Origin: Eledone cirrhosa
Taxonomy: Eukaryota
Length of the DNA stretch: 64,000 bases
Assembly: GCA_964016885.1 (NCBI GenBank)
Contig: OZ024741.1
Coordinates: 363,506,001-363,570,000 of the forward strand
Reading direction: 5' to 3'
The translations under genes and the position numbers were made by a program. Below are positions 13,131 to 28,300 of this stretch, piece after piece (the first letter of the stretch is position 1; every line of letters starts with the position of its first letter). A model generated the notes under the pieces. The model worked only from the letters and a program-made list of their open reading frames with translations. It searched no databases and was not told the origin of the DNA.

Positions 13131-14259
13131 TTGTTTCAGAATAACATAGAGGTAGGTATAGCTGTGGTTAAGAAGGTTGTTTCACCATAACATAGATGTG
13201 GGTATAGTTGTGGTTAAGAAGACTATTTCACAATAACATAGATGTAGATATAGCTGTGTTTAAGAAGGTTGTTTTACAATAACATAGATGTAGGTATAGC
13301 TGTGGTTAAGAAGGTTGTTTAACAATAACATAGATGTAGGTATAGCTGTGGTTAAGAAGGTTGTTTTACAATAACATAGATGTAGGTATAGCTTGGGTTA
13401 AGAAGGTTGTTTTACAATAACATAGATGTAGGTATAGCTGGGGTTAAGAAGGTTATTTCACAATAACATAGATGTAGGTATAGCTGTGGTTAAGAAGGTT
13501 GTTATACAATAACATTGATGTAGGTATAGCTTGAGTTAAGAAGGTTATTTCACAATAACATAGATGTAGGTATAGCTGTGGTTAAGAAGGTTGTTATACA
13601 ATAACATTGATGTAGGTATAGCTTGAGTTAAGAAGGTTATTTCACAATAACCTAGATGTAGGTATAGCTGTGGTTAAGAAGGTTGTTTTACAATAACATA
13701 GATGTAGGTATAGCTTGGGTTAAGAAGGTTATTTCACGATAACATAGATGTAGGTATAGCTGTGGTTAAGAAGGTTATTTCACGATAACATAGATGTAGG
13801 TATAGCTTGGGTTAAGAAGGTTATTTCACAATAACATAGATGTAGGTATAGCTTTGGTTAAGAAGGTTATTTCACAATAACATAAATGTAGGTATAGCTT
13901 GGGTTAAGAAGGTTATTTCACAATAAAATAGATGTAGGTATAGCTTGGGTTAAGAAGGTTGTTTTACAATAACATAGATGTAGGTATAGCTGTGGTTAAG
14001 AAGACTATTTCACAATAACATAGATGTAGGTATAGCTTGGGTTACGAAGGTTATTTCACAATAACATAGATGTAGGTATAGCTGTGGTTAAGAAGGTGAT
14101 TCCACAATAACATAGATGTAGGTATAGCTGTGGTTGAGAAGGTTATTTCACAATAACATAGATGTAGGTATAGCTGTGGTTAAGAAGGTTGTTTTACAAT
14201 AACATAGATGTAGGTATAGCTTGGGTTAAGAAGGTTATTTCACAATAACATAGATGTAG

Positions 14260-17200
14260 GTATAGCTGTGGTTAAGAAGGTGATTCCACAATAACATAGA
14301 TGTAGGTATAGCTGTGGTTGAGAAGGTTATTTCACAATAACATAGATGTAGGTATAGCTGTGGTTGAGAAGGTTGTTTTACAATAAGATAGATGTAGGTA
14401 TAGCTTGGGTTAAGAAGGTTATTTCACAATAACATAGACGTAGGTATAGCTTGGGTTAAGAAGGTTATTTCACAATAACATAGATGTAGGTATAGCTGTG
14501 GTTAAGAAGACTATTTCACAATAACATATATGTAGGTATAGCTGTGGTTAAGAAGACTATTTCACAATAATATAGATGTAGGTATAGCTGTGGTTAAGAA
14601 GGCTATTTCACAATAACAAAGATGTAGGTATAGCTGTGGTTAAGAAGACTATTTCACAATAACATAGATGTAGGTATAGCTTGGGTTAAGAAGGTTATTT
14701 CACAATAACATAGATGTAGGTATAGCTCGGGTTAAGAAGGTTGTTTTACAATAACATAGATGTAGCTATAGCTGTGGTTAAGAAGGTTGTTTCACAATAA
14801 CATAGATGTAGGTATAGCTTGGGTTAAGAAGGTTATTTTACAATAACATAGAGGTAGGTATAGCTGTGGTTAAGAAGGTTGTTTCACAATAACATAGATG
14901 TGGGTATAGGTGTGGTTAAGAAGACTATTTCACAATAACATAGATGTAGATATAGCTGTGGTTAAGAAGGTTGTTTTACAATAATATAGATGTAGGTATA
15001 GCTGTGGTTAAGAAGGTTGTTTAACAATAACATAGATGTAGGTATAGCTGTGGTTAAGAAGGTTGTTTTACAATAACATAGATGTAGGTATAGCTTGGGT
15101 TAAGAAGGTTGTTTTACAATAACATAGATGTAGGTATAGCTGGGGTTAAGAAGGTTATTTCACAATAACATAGATGTAGGTATAGCTTGGGTTAAGAAGG
15201 TTGTTTTACAATAACATAGATGTAGGTATAGCTGTGGTTAAGAAGGTTGTTATACAATAACATTGATGTAGGTATAGCTTGAGTTAAGAAGGTAATTTCA
15301 CAATAACCTAGATGTAGGTATAGCTGTGGTTAAGAAGGTTGTTTTACAATAACATAGATGTAGGTATAGCTTGGGTTAAGAAGGTTATTTCACGATAACA
15401 TAGATGTAGGTATAGCTGTGGTTAAGAAGGTTATTTCACAATAACATAGATGTAGGTATAGCTTGGGTTAAGAAGGTTATTTCACAATAACATAGATGTA
15501 GGTATAGCTTTGGTTAAGAAGGTTATTTCACAATAACATAGATGTAGGTATAGCTTGGGTTAAGAAGGTTATTTCACAATAAAATAGATGTAGGTATAGC
15601 TTGGGTTAAGAAGGTTGTTTTACAATAACATAGATGTAGGTATAGCTGTGGTTAAGAAGACTATTTCACAATAACATAGATGTAGGTATAGCTTGGGTTA
15701 AGAAGGTTATTTCACAATAACATAGATGTAGGTATAGCTGTGGTTAAGAAGGTTATTCCACAATAACATAGATGTAGGTATAGCTGTGGTTGAGAAGGTT
15801 ATTTCACAATAACATAGATGTAGGTATAGCTGTGGTTAAGAAGGTTGTTTTACAATAACATAGATGTAGGTATAGCTTGGGTTAAGAAGGTTGTTTTACA
15901 ATAACATAGATGTAGGTATAGCTGGGGTTAAGAAGGTTATTTCACAATAACATAGATGTAGGTATAGCTTGGGTTAAGAAGGTTGTTTTACAATAACATA
16001 GATGTAGGTATAGCTGTGGTTAAGAGGTTGTTTTACAATAACATAGATGTAGGTATAGCTTGGGTTAAGAAGGTTATTTCACAATAACATAGATGTAGGT
16101 ATAGCTGTGGTTAAGAAGGTTATTCCACAATAACATAGATGTAGGTATAGCTGTGGTTAAGAAGGTTGTTTTACAATAAGATAGATGTAGGTATAGCTTG
16201 GGTTAAGAAGGTTATTTCAGAATAACATAGACGTAGGTATAGCTTGGGTTAAGAAGGTTATTTCACAATAACATAGATGTAGGTATAGCTGTGGTTAAGA
16301 AGACTATTTCACAATAACATAGATGTAGGTATAGCTGTGGTTAAGAAGACTATTTCACAATAACATAGATGTAGGTATAGCTGTGGTTAAGAAGACTATT
16401 TCACAATAACATAGATGTAGGTATAGCTGTGGTTAAGAAGACTATTTCACAATAACAAAGATGTAGGTATAGCTGTGGTTAAGAAGACTATTTCACAATA
16501 ACATAGACGTAGGTATAGCTGTGGTTAAGAAGGTTATTTCACAATAACAGAGATGTAGGTATAGCTGTGGTTAAGAATGTTATTTCACAATAACATAGAT
16601 GTAAGTATAGCTGTGGTTAAGAAGGTTATTTTACAATAACATAGATGTAGGTATAGCTTGGGTTTAGAAGGTTGTTTTACAATAACCTAGATGTAGGTAT
16701 AGCTTGGGTTAAGAAGGTTATTTCACAATAACACAGATGTAGGTATAGCTGTGGTTAAAAAGGTTATTTCACAATAACATAGATGTAGGTATAGCTGTGC
16801 TTAAGAAGGTTGTTTTACAATAACATAGATTTAGGTATAGCTTGGGTCAAGAAGGTTATTTCACAATAACATAGATGTAGGTATAGCTGTGGTTAAGAAG
16901 ACTATTTCACAATAACATAGATGTAGGTATAGCTGTGGTTAAGAAGGTTATTTCACAATAACAGAGATGTAGGTATAGCTGTGGTTAAGAAGGTTATTTC
17001 ACAATAACATAGATGTAGGTATAGTTGTGGTTAAGAAGACTATTTCACAATAACATAGATGTAAGTATAGCTTGGGTTAAGAAGGTTGTTTTACAATAAC
17101 CTAGATGTAGGTATAGCTTGGGTTAAGAAGGTTATTTCACAATAACACAGATGTAGGTATAGCTGTGGTTCAGCAGACTATTTCACAATAACATAGATGT

Positions 17201-20200
17201 AGGTATAGCTGTGGTTAAGAAGACTATTTCACAATAACATAGATGTAGGTATAGCTGTGGTTAAGAAGGCTATTTCACAATAACATAGATGTAGGTATAG
17301 CTGTGGTTAAGAAGACTATTTCACAATAACATAGATGTAGGTATAGCTTGGGTTAAGAAGGTTATTTCACAATAACATAGATGTAGGTATAGCTTGGGTT
17401 AAGAAAGTTATTTCACAATAACCTAGATGTAGGTATAGCTGTGGTTAAGAAGGTTGTTTTACAATAACATAGATGTAGGTATAGCTGTGGTTAAGAAGAC
17501 TATTTCACAATAACATAGATGTAGGTATAGCTTGGGTTAAGAAGGTTGTTTCACAATAACATATATGTAGGTATAGCTGTGGTTAAGAAGGATATTTCAC
17601 AATAACGTAGATGTAGGTATAGCTTGGGTTTAGAAGGTTGTTTTACAATAACCTAGATGTAGGTATAGCTTGGGTTAAGAAGGTTATTTCACAATAACAT
17701 AGAGGTAGGTATAGCTGTGGTTAAGAAGGTTGTTTCACAATAACATAGATGTAGGTATAGTTGTGGTTAAGAAGACTATTTCACAATAACATAGATGTAG
17801 ATATAGCTGTGGTTAAGAAGGTTATTTTACAATAACATAGATGTAGGTATAGCTGTGGTTAAGAAGGTTGTTTTACAATAACATAGATGTAGGTATAGCT
17901 TGGGTTAAGAAGGTTGTTTTACAATAACATAGATGTAGGTATAGCTGGGGTTAAGAAGGTTATTTCACAATAACATAGATGTAGGTATAGCTTGGGTTAA
18001 GGAGGTTGTTTTACAATAACATAGATGTAGGTATAGCTGTGGTTAAGAAGGTTGTTTTACAATAACATAGATGTAGGTATAGCTTGGGTTAAGAAGGTTA
18101 TTTCACAATAACATAGATGAAGGTATAGCTGTGGTTAAGAAGGTGATTCCACAATAACATAGATGTAGGTATAGCTGTGGTTGAGAAGGTTATTTCACAA
18201 TAACATAGATGTAGGTATAGCTGTGGTTGAGAAGGTTGTTTTACAATAAGATAGATGTAGGTATAGCTTGGGTTAAGAAGGTTATTTCACAATAACATAG
18301 ACGTAGGTATAGCTTGGGTTAAGAAGGTTATTTCACAATAACATAGATGTAGGTATAGCTGTGGTTAAGAAGACTATTTCACAATAACATATATGTAGGT
18401 ATAGCTGTGGTTAAGAAGACTATTTCACAATAATATAGATGTAGGTATAGCTGTGGTTAAGAAGGCTATTTCACAATAACAAAGATGTAGGTATAGCTGT
18501 GGTTAAGAAGACTATTTCACAATAACATAGATGTAGGTATAGCTTGGGTTAAGAAGGTTATTTCACAATAACATAGATGTAGGTATAGCTCGGGTTAAGA
18601 AGGTTGTTTTACAATAACATAGATGTAGCTATAGCTGTGGTTAAGAAGGTTGTTTCACAATAACATAGATGTAGGTATAGCTTGGGTTAAGAAGGTTATT
18701 TTACAATAACATAGAGGTAGGTATAGCTGTGGTTAAGAAGGTTGTTTCACAATAACATAGATGTGGGTATAGGTGTGGTTAAGAAGACTATTTCACAATA
18801 ACATAGATGTAGATATAGCTGTGGTTAAGAAGGTTGTTTTACAATAATATAGATGTAGGTATAGCTGTGGTTAAGAAGGTTGTTTAACAATAACATAGAT
18901 GTAGGTATAGCTGTGGTTAAGAAGGTTGTTTTACAATAACATAGATGTAGGTATAGCTGGGGTTAAGAAGGTTATTTCACAATAACATAGATGTAGGTAT
19001 AGCTTGGGTTAAGAAGGTTGTTTTACAATAACATAGATGTAGGTATAGCTGTGGTTAAGAAGGTTGTTATACAATAACATTGATGTAGGTATAGCTTGAG
19101 TTAAGAAGGTAATTTCACAATAACCTAGATGTAGGTATAGCTGTGGTTAAGAAGGTTGTTTTACAATAACATAGATGTAGGTATAGCTTGGGTTAAGAAG
19201 GTTATTTCACGATAACATAGATGTAGGTATAGCTGTGGTTAAGAAGGTTATTTCACAATAACATAGATGTAGGTATAGCTTGGGTTAAGAAGGTTATTTC
19301 ACAATAACATAGATGTAGGTATAGCTTTGGTTAAGAAGGTTATTTCACAATAACATAGATGTAGGTATAGCTTGGGTTAAGAAGGTTATTTCACAATAAA
19401 ATGGATGTAGGTATAGCTTGGGTTAAGAAGGTTGTTTTACAATAACATAGATGTAGGTATAGCTGTGGTTAAGAAGACTATTTCACAATAACATAGATGT
19501 AGGTATAGCTTGGGTTAAGAAGGTTATTTCACAATAACATAGATGTAGGTATAGCTGTGGTTAAGAAGGTTATTCCACAATAACATAGATGTAGGTATAG
19601 CTGTGGTTGAGAAGGTTATTTCACAATAACATAGATGTAGGTATAGCTGTGGTTAAGAAGGTTGTTTTACAATAACATAGATGTAGGTATAGCTTGGGTT
19701 AAGAAGGTTGTTTTACAATAACATAGATGTAGGTATAGCTGGGGTTAAAAAGGTTATTTCACAATAACATAGATGTAGGTATAGCTTGGGTTAAGAAGGT
19801 TGTTTTACAATAACATAGATGTAGGTATAGCTGTGGTTAAGAAGGTTGTTTTACAATAACATAGATGTAGGTATAGCTTGGGTTAAGAAGGTTATTTCAC
19901 AATAACATAGATGTAGGTATAGCTGTGGTTAAGAAGGTTATTCCACAATAACATAGATGTAGGTATAGCTGTGGTTAAGAAGGTTGTTTTACAATAAGAT
20001 AGATGTAGGTATAGCTTGGGTTAAGAAGGTTATTTCAGAATAACATAGACGTAGGTATAGCTTGGGTTAAGAAGGTTATTTCACAATAACATAGATGTAG
20101 GTATAGCTGTGGTTAAGAAGACTATTTCACAATAACATAGATGTAGGTATAGCTGTGGTTAAGAAGACTATTTCACAATAACATAGATGTAGGTATAGCT

Positions 20201-21940
20201 GTGGTTAAGAAGACTATTTCACAATAACATAGATGTAGGTATAGCTGTGGTTAAGAAGGCTATTTCACAATAACAAAGATGTAGGTATAGCTGTGGTTAA
20301 GAAGACTATTTCACAATAACATAGACGTAGGTATAGCTGTGGTTAAGAAGGTTATTTCACAATAACAGAGATGTAGGTATAGCTGTGGTTAAGAATGTTA
20401 TTTCACAATAACATAGATGTAAGTATAGCTGTGGTTAAGAAGGTTATTTTACAATAACATAGATGTAGGTATAGCTTGGGTTTAGAAGGTTGTTTTACAA
20501 TAACCTAGATGTAGGTATAGCTTGGGTTAAGAAGGTTATTTCACAATAACACAGATGTAGGTATAGCTGTGGTTAAAAAGGTTATTTCACAATAACATAG
20601 ATGTAGGTATAGCTGTGCTTAAGAAGGTTGTTTTACAATAACATAGATTTAGGTATAGCTTGGGTCAAGAAGGTTATTTCACAATAACATAGATGTAGGT
20701 ATAGCTGTGGTTAAGAAGACTATTTCACAATAACATAGATGTAGGTATAGCTGTGGTTAAGAAGGTTATTTCACAATAACAGAGATGTAGGTATAGCTGT
20801 GGTTAAGAAGGTTATTTCACAATAACATAGATGTAGGTATAGTTGTGGTTAAGAAGACTATTTCACAATAACATAGATGTAAGTATAGCTTGGGTTAAGA
20901 AGGTTGTTTTACAATAACCTAGATGTAGGTATAGCTTGGGTTAAGAAGGTTATCTCACAATAACACAGATGTAGGTATAGCTGTGGTTCAGCAGACTATT
21001 TCACAATAACATAGATGTAGGTATAGCTGTGGTTAAGAAGACTATTTCACAATAACATAGATGTAGGTATAGCTGTGGTTAAGAAGGCTATTTCACAATA
21101 ACATAGATGTAGGTATAGCTGTGGTTAAGAAGACTATTTCACAATAACATAGATGTAGGTATAGCTTGGGTTAAGAAGGTTATTTCACAATAACATAGAT
21201 GTAGGTATAGCTTGGGTTAAGAAAGTTATTTCACAATAACCTAGATGTAGGTATAGCTGTGGTTAAGAAGGTTGTTTTACAATAACATAGATGTAGGTAT
21301 AGCTGTGGTTAAGAAGACTATTTCACAATAACATAGATGTAGGTATAGCTTGGGTTAAGAAGGTTGTTTCACAATAACATATATGTAGGTATAGCTGTGG
21401 TTAAGAAGGATATTTCACAATAACGTAGATGTAGGTATAGCTTGGGTTTAGAAGGTTGTTTTACAATAACCTAGATGTAGGTATAGCTTGGGTTAAGAAG
21501 GTTATTTCACAATAACATAGAGGTAGGTATAGCTGTGGTTAAGAAGGTTGTTTCACAATAACATAGATGTAGGTATAGTTGTGGTTAAGAAGACTATTTC
21601 ACAATAACATAGATGTAGATATAGCTGTGGTTAAGAAGGTTATTTTACAATAACATAGATGTAGGTATAGCTGTGGTTAAGAAGGTTGTTTTACAATAAC
21701 ATAGATGTAGGTATAGCTTGGGTTAAGAAGGTTGTTTTACAATAACATAGATGTAGGTATAGCTGGGGTTAAGAAGGTTATTTCACAATAACATAGATGT
21801 AGGTATAGCTTGGGTTAAGGAGGTTGTTTTACAATAACATAGATGTAGGTATAGCTGTGGTTAAGAAGGTTGTTTTACAATAACATAGATGTAGGTATAG
21901 CTTGGGTTAAGAAGGTTATTTCACAATAACATAGATGAAG
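14260..21940. repeat. Tandem duplication ~14260-18122 / 18123-~21940 (84 then 83 units, about 3.8 kb)
   Basis: taatatagat 14568/18431 (offset 3863), tatttcagaa 16213/20031 (3818), gatgaagg 18116/21934 (3818), plus shared ggtaattt and gatttagg variants. Confidence 0.92.
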
Positions 21941-24900
21941 GTATAGCTGTGGTTAAGAAGGTTATTCCACAATAACATAGATGTAGGTATAGCTGTGGTT
22001 AAGAAGGTTGTTTTACAATAAGATAGATGTAGGTATAGCTTGGGTTAAGAAGGTTATTTCACAATAACATAGACGTAGGTATAGCTTGGGTTAAGAAGGT
22101 TATTTCACAATAACATAGATGTAGGTATAGCTGTGGTTAAGAAGACTATTTCACAATAACATAGATGTAGGTATAGCTGTGGTTAAGAAGACTATTTCAC
22201 AATAACATAGATGTAGGTATAGCTGTGGTTAAGAAGACTATTTCACAATAACATAGATGTAGGTATAGCTGTGGTTAAGAAGGCTATTTCACAATAACAA
22301 AGATGTAGGTATAGCTGTGGTTAAGAAGACTATTTCACAATAACATAGACGTAGGTATAGCTGTGGTTAAGAAGGTTATTTCACAATAACAGAGATGTAG
22401 GTATAGCTGTGGTTAACAAGGTTATTTCACAATAACATAGATGTAAGTATAGCTGTGGTTAAGAAGGTTATTTCACAATAACATAGATGTAGGTATAGCT
22501 TGGGTTTAGAAGGTTGTTTTACAATAACCTAGATGTAGGTATAGCTTGGGTTAAGAAGGTTATTTCACAATAACACAGATGTAGGTATAGCTGTGGTTAA
22601 AAAGGTTATTTCACAATAACATAGATGTAGGTATAGCTGTGCTTAAGAAGGTTGTTTTACAATAACCTAGATGTAGGTATAGCTTGGGTTAAGAAGGTTA
22701 TTTCACAATAACACAGATGTAGGTATAGCTGTGGTTCAGCAGACTATTTCACAATAACATAGATGTAGGTATAGCTTGGGTTAAGAAAGTTATTTCACAA
22801 TAACCTAGATGTAGGTATAGCTGTGGTTAAGAAGGTTGTTTTACAATAACATAGATGTAGGTATAGCTGTGGTTAAGAAGACTATTTCACAATAACATAG
22901 ATGTAGGTATAGCTTGGGTTAAGAAGGTTGTTTCACAATAACATATATGTAGGTATAGCTGTGGTTAAGAAGGATATTTCACAATAACGTAGATGTAGGT
23001 ATAGCTTGGGTTTAGAAGGTTGTTTTACAATAACCTAGATGTAGGTATAGCTTGGGTTAAGAAGGTTATTTCACAATAACATAGAGGTAGGTATAGCTGT
23101 GGTTAAGAAGGTTGTTTCACAATAACATAGATGAAGGTATAGTTGTGGTTAAGAAGACTATTTCACAATAACATAGATGTAGATATAGCTGTGGTTAAGA
23201 AGGTTATTTTACAATAACATAGATGTAGGTATAGCTGTGGTTAAGAAGGTTGTTTTACAATAACATAGATGTAGGTATAGCTTGGGTTAAGAAGGTTGTT
23301 TTACAATAACATAGATGTAGGTATAGCTGTGGTTAAGAAGACTATTTCACAATAACATAGATGTAGGTATAGCTTGGGTTAAGAAGGTTGTTTCACAATA
23401 ACATATATGTAGGTATAGCTGTGGTTAAGAAGGATATTTCACAATAACGTAGATGTAGGTATAGCTTGGGTTTAGAAGGTTGTTTTACAATAACCTAGAT
23501 GTAGGTATAGCTTGGGTTAAGAAGGTTATTTCACAATAACATAGAGGTAGGTATAGCTGTGGTTAAGAAGGTTGTTTCACAATAACATAGATGTAGGTAT
23601 AGTTGTGGTTAAGAAGACTATTTCACAATAACATAGATGTAGATATAGCTGTGGTTAAGAAGGTTATTTTACAATAACATAGATGTAGGTATAGCTGTGG
23701 TTAAGAAGGTTGTTTTACAATAACATAGATGTAGGTATAGCTTGGGTTAAGAAGGTTGTTTTACAATAACATAGATGTAGGTATAGCTGGGGTTAAGAAG
23801 GTTATTTCACAATAACATAGATGTAGGTATAGCTTGGGTTAAGGAGGTTGTTTTACAATAACATAGATGTAGGTATAGCTGTGGTTAAGAAGGTTGTTTT
23901 ACAATAACATAGATGTAGGTATAGCTTGGGTTAAGAAGGTTATTTCACAATAACATAGATGAAGGTATAGCTGTGGTTAAGAAGGTTATTCCACAATAAC
24001 ATAGATGTAGGTATAGCTGTGGTTAAGAAGGTTGTTTTACAATAAGATAGATGTAGGTATAGCTTGGGTTAAGAAGGTTATTTCACAATAACATAGACGT
24101 AGGTATAGCTTGGGTTAAGAAGGTTATTTCACAATAACATAGATGTAGGTATAGCTGTGGTTAAGAAGACTATTTCACAATAACATAGATGTAGGTATAG
24201 CTGTGGTTAAGAAGACTATTTCACAATAACATAGATGTAGGTATAGCTGTGGTTAAGAAGACTATTTCACAATAACATAGATGTAGGTATAGCTGTGGTT
24301 AAGAAGGCTATTTCACAATAACAAAGATGTAGGTATAGCTGTGGTTAAGAAGACTATTTCACAATAACATAGACGTAGGTATAGCTGTGGTTAAGAAGGT
24401 TATTTCACAATAACAGAGATGTAGGTATAGCTGTGGTTAACAAGGTTATTTCACAATAACATAGATGTAAGTATAGCTGTGGTTAAGAAGGTTATTTCAC
24501 AATAACATAGATGTAGGTATAGCTTGGGTTTAGAAGGTTGTTTTACAATAACCTAGATGTAGGTATAGCTTGGGTTAAGAAGGTTATTTCACAATAACAC
24601 AGATGTAGGTATAGCTGTGGTTAAAAAGGTTATTTCACAATAACATAGATGTAGGTATAGCTGTGCTTAAGAAGGTTGTTTTACAATAACCTAGATGTAG
24701 GTATAGCTTGGGTTAAGAAGGTTATTTCACAATAACACAGATGTAGGTATAGCTGTGGTTCAGCAGACTATTTCACAATAACATAGATGTAGGTATAGCT
24801 TGGGTTAAGAAAGTTATTTCACAATAACCTAGATGTAGGTATAGCTGTGGATAAGAAGGTTGTTTTACAATAACATAGATGTAGGTATAGCTGTGGTTAA

Positions 24901-25350
24901 GAAGACTATTTCACAATAACATAGATGTAGGTATAGCTTGGGTTAAGAAGGTTGTTTCACAATAACATATATGTAGGTATAGCTGTGGTTAAGAAGGATA
25001 TTTCACAATAACGTAGATGTAGGTATAGCTTGGGTTTAGAAGGTTGTTTTACAATAACCTAGATGTAGGTATAGCTTGGGTTAAGAAGGTTATTTCACAA
25101 TAACATAGAGGTAGGTATAGCTGTGGTTAAGAAGGTTGTTTCACAATAACATAGATGAAGGTATAGTTGTGGTTAAGAAGACTATTTCACAATAACATAG
25201 ATGTAGATATAGCTGTGGTTAAGAAGGTTATTTTACAATAACATAGATGTAGGTATAGCTGTGGTTAAGAAGGTTGTTTTACAATAACATAGATGTAGGT
25301 ATAGCTTGGGTTAAGAAGGTTGTTTTACAATAACATAGATGTAGGTATAG
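21297..25350. repeat. Tandem duplication 21297-23320 / 23321-~25350 (2024 bp = 44 units)
   Basis: aaggagg 21817/23841, atagatgaag 21931/23955, ttcagcagac 22735/24759, atgaaggtatagttg 23131/25155. Confidence 0.92.
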
Positions 25351-28300
25351 CTGGGGTTAAGAAGGTTATTTCACAATAACATAGATGTAGGTATAGCTTG
25401 GGTTAAGAAGGTTGTTTTACAATAACATAGATGTAGGTATAGCTGTGGTTAAGAAACTTGTTATACAATAACATAGATGTAGGTATAGCTTGGGTTAAGG
25501 AGGTTATTACACAATAACATAGATGTAGGTATAGCTGTGGTTAAGAAGGTTATTCCACAATAACATAGATGTAGGTATAGCTTGGGTTAAGAAGGTTATT
25601 TCACAATAACATAGATGTAAGTATAGCTGTGGTTAAGAAGGTTATTTCACAATAACATAGATGGAGGTATAGCTGTGGTTAAGAAGGTTGTTTTACAATA
25701 ACATAGATGTAGATATAGCTGTGGTTAAAAAGGTTGTTTTACAATAACATAGATGTAGGTATAGCTTGGGTTAAGAAGGTTGTTATACAATAACTTAGAT
25801 GTAGGTATAGCTGTGGTTAAGAAGGTTGTTTTACAATAACATAGATGTAGGTATAGCTTGGGTTAAGAAGGTTGTTTTACAATAACATAGATGTAGGTAT
25901 AGCTGGGGTTAAGAAGGTTATTTCACAATAACATAGATGTAGGTATAGCTTGGGTTAAGAAGGTTGTTTTACAATAACATAGATGTAGGTATAGCTGTGG
26001 TTAAGAAGGTTGTTATACAATAACATTGATGTAGGTATAGCTTGAGTTAAGAAGGTTATTTCACAATAACCTAGATGTAGGTATAGCTGTGGTTAAGAAG
26101 GTTGTTTTACAATAACATAGATGTAGGTATAGCTTGGGTTAAGAAGGTTATTTCACGATAACATAGATGTAGGTATAGCTGTGGTTAAGAAGGTTATTTC
26201 ACAATAACATAGATGTAGGTATAGCTTGGGTTAAGAAGGTTATTTCACAATAACATAGATGTAGGTATAGCTTTGGTTAAGAAGGTTATTTCACAATAAC
26301 ATAGATGTAGGTATAGCTTGGGTTAAGAAGGTTATTTCACAATAAAATAGATGTAGGTATAGCTTGGGTTAAGAAGGTTGTTTTACAATAACATAGATGT
26401 AGGTATAGCTGTGGTTAAGAAGACTATTTCACAATAACATAGATGTAGGTATAGCTTGGGTTAAGAAGGTTATTTCACAATAACATATATGTAGGTATAG
26501 CTGTGGTTAAGAAGACTATTTCACAATAACATAGATGTAGGTATAGCTGTGGTTAAGAAGGCTATTTCACAATAACAAAGATGTAGGTATAGCTGTGGTT
26601 AAGAAGACTATTTCACAATAACATAGATGTAGGTATAGCTTGGGTTAAGAAGGTTATTTCACAATAACATAGATGTAGGTATAGCTTGGGTTAAGAAGGT
26701 TATTTCACAATAAAATAGATGTAGGTATAGCTGTGGTTAAGAAGACTATTTCACAATAACATAGATGTAGGTATAGCTGTGGTCAAGAAGGTTATTTCAC
26801 AATAACATAGATGTAGGTATAGCTTGGGTTAAGAAGGTTATTTCACAATAACATAGATGTAGGTATAGCTGTGGTTGAGAAGGTTGTTTTACAATAACAT
26901 AGATGTAGGTATAGCTGGGGTTAAGAAGGTTATTCCACAATAACATAGATGTAGGTATAGCTTGGGTTAAGAAGGTTATTTCACAATAACATAGATGTAG
27001 GTATAGCTGGGGTTAAGAAGGTTATTTCACAATAACATAGATGTAGGTATAGCTTGGGTTAAGAAGGTTATTTCACAATAACATAGATGTAGGTATAGCT
27101 TTGGTTAAGAAGGTTATTTCACAATAACATAAATGTAGGTATAGCTTGGGTTAAGAAGGTTATTTCACAATAAAATAGATGTAGGTATAGCTTGGGTTAA
27201 GAAGGTTGTTTTACAATAACATAGATGTAGGTATAGCTGTGGTTAAGAAGGTTATTTCACAATAACACAGATGTAGGTATAGCTGTGGTTAAAAAGGTTA
27301 TTTCACAATAACATAGATGTAGGTATAGCTGTGCTTAAGAAGGTTGTTTTACAATAACCTAGATGTAGGTATAGCTTGGGTTAAGAAGGTTATTTCACAA
27401 TAACACAGATGTAGGTATAGCTGTGGTTCAGCAGACTATTTCACAATAACATAGATGTAGGTATAGCTTGGGTTAAGAAAGTTATTTCACAATAACCTAG
27501 ATGTAGGTATAGCTGTGGTTAAGAAGGTTGTTTTACAATAACATAGATGTAGGTATAGCTGTGGTTAAGAAGACTATTTCACAATAACATAGATGTAGGT
27601 ATAGCTTGGGTTAAGAAGGTTGTTTCACAATAACATATATGTAGGTATAGCTGTGGTTAAGAAGGATATTTCACAATAACGTAGATGTAGGTATAGCTTG
27701 GGTTTAGAAGGTTGTTTTACAATAACCTAGATGTAGGTATAGCTTGGGTTAAGAAGGTTATTTCACAATAACATAGAGGTAGGTATAGCTGTGGTTAAGA
27801 AGGTTGTTTCACAATAACATAGATGTAGGTATAGTTGTGGTTAAGAAGACTATTTCACAATAACATAGATGTAGATATAGCTGTGGTTAAGAAGGTTATT
27901 TTACAATAACATAGATGTAGGTATAGCTGTGGTTAAGAAGGTTGTTTTACAATAACATAGATGTAGGTATAGCTTGGGTTAAGAAGGTTGTTTTACAATA
28001 ACATAGATGTAGGTATAGCTGGGGTTAAGAAGGTTATTTCACAATAACATAGATGTAGGTATAGCTTGGGTTAAGAAGGTTGTTTTACAATAACATAGAT
28101 GTAGGTATAGCTGTGGTTAAGAAACTTGTTATACAATAACATAGATGTAGGTATAGCTTGGGTTAAGGAGGTTATTACACAATAACATAGATGTAGGTAT
28201 AGCTGTGGTTAAGAAGGTTATTCCACAATAACATAGATGTAGGTATAGCTTGGGTTAAGAAGGTTATTTCACAATAACATAGATGTAACTATAGCTGTGG

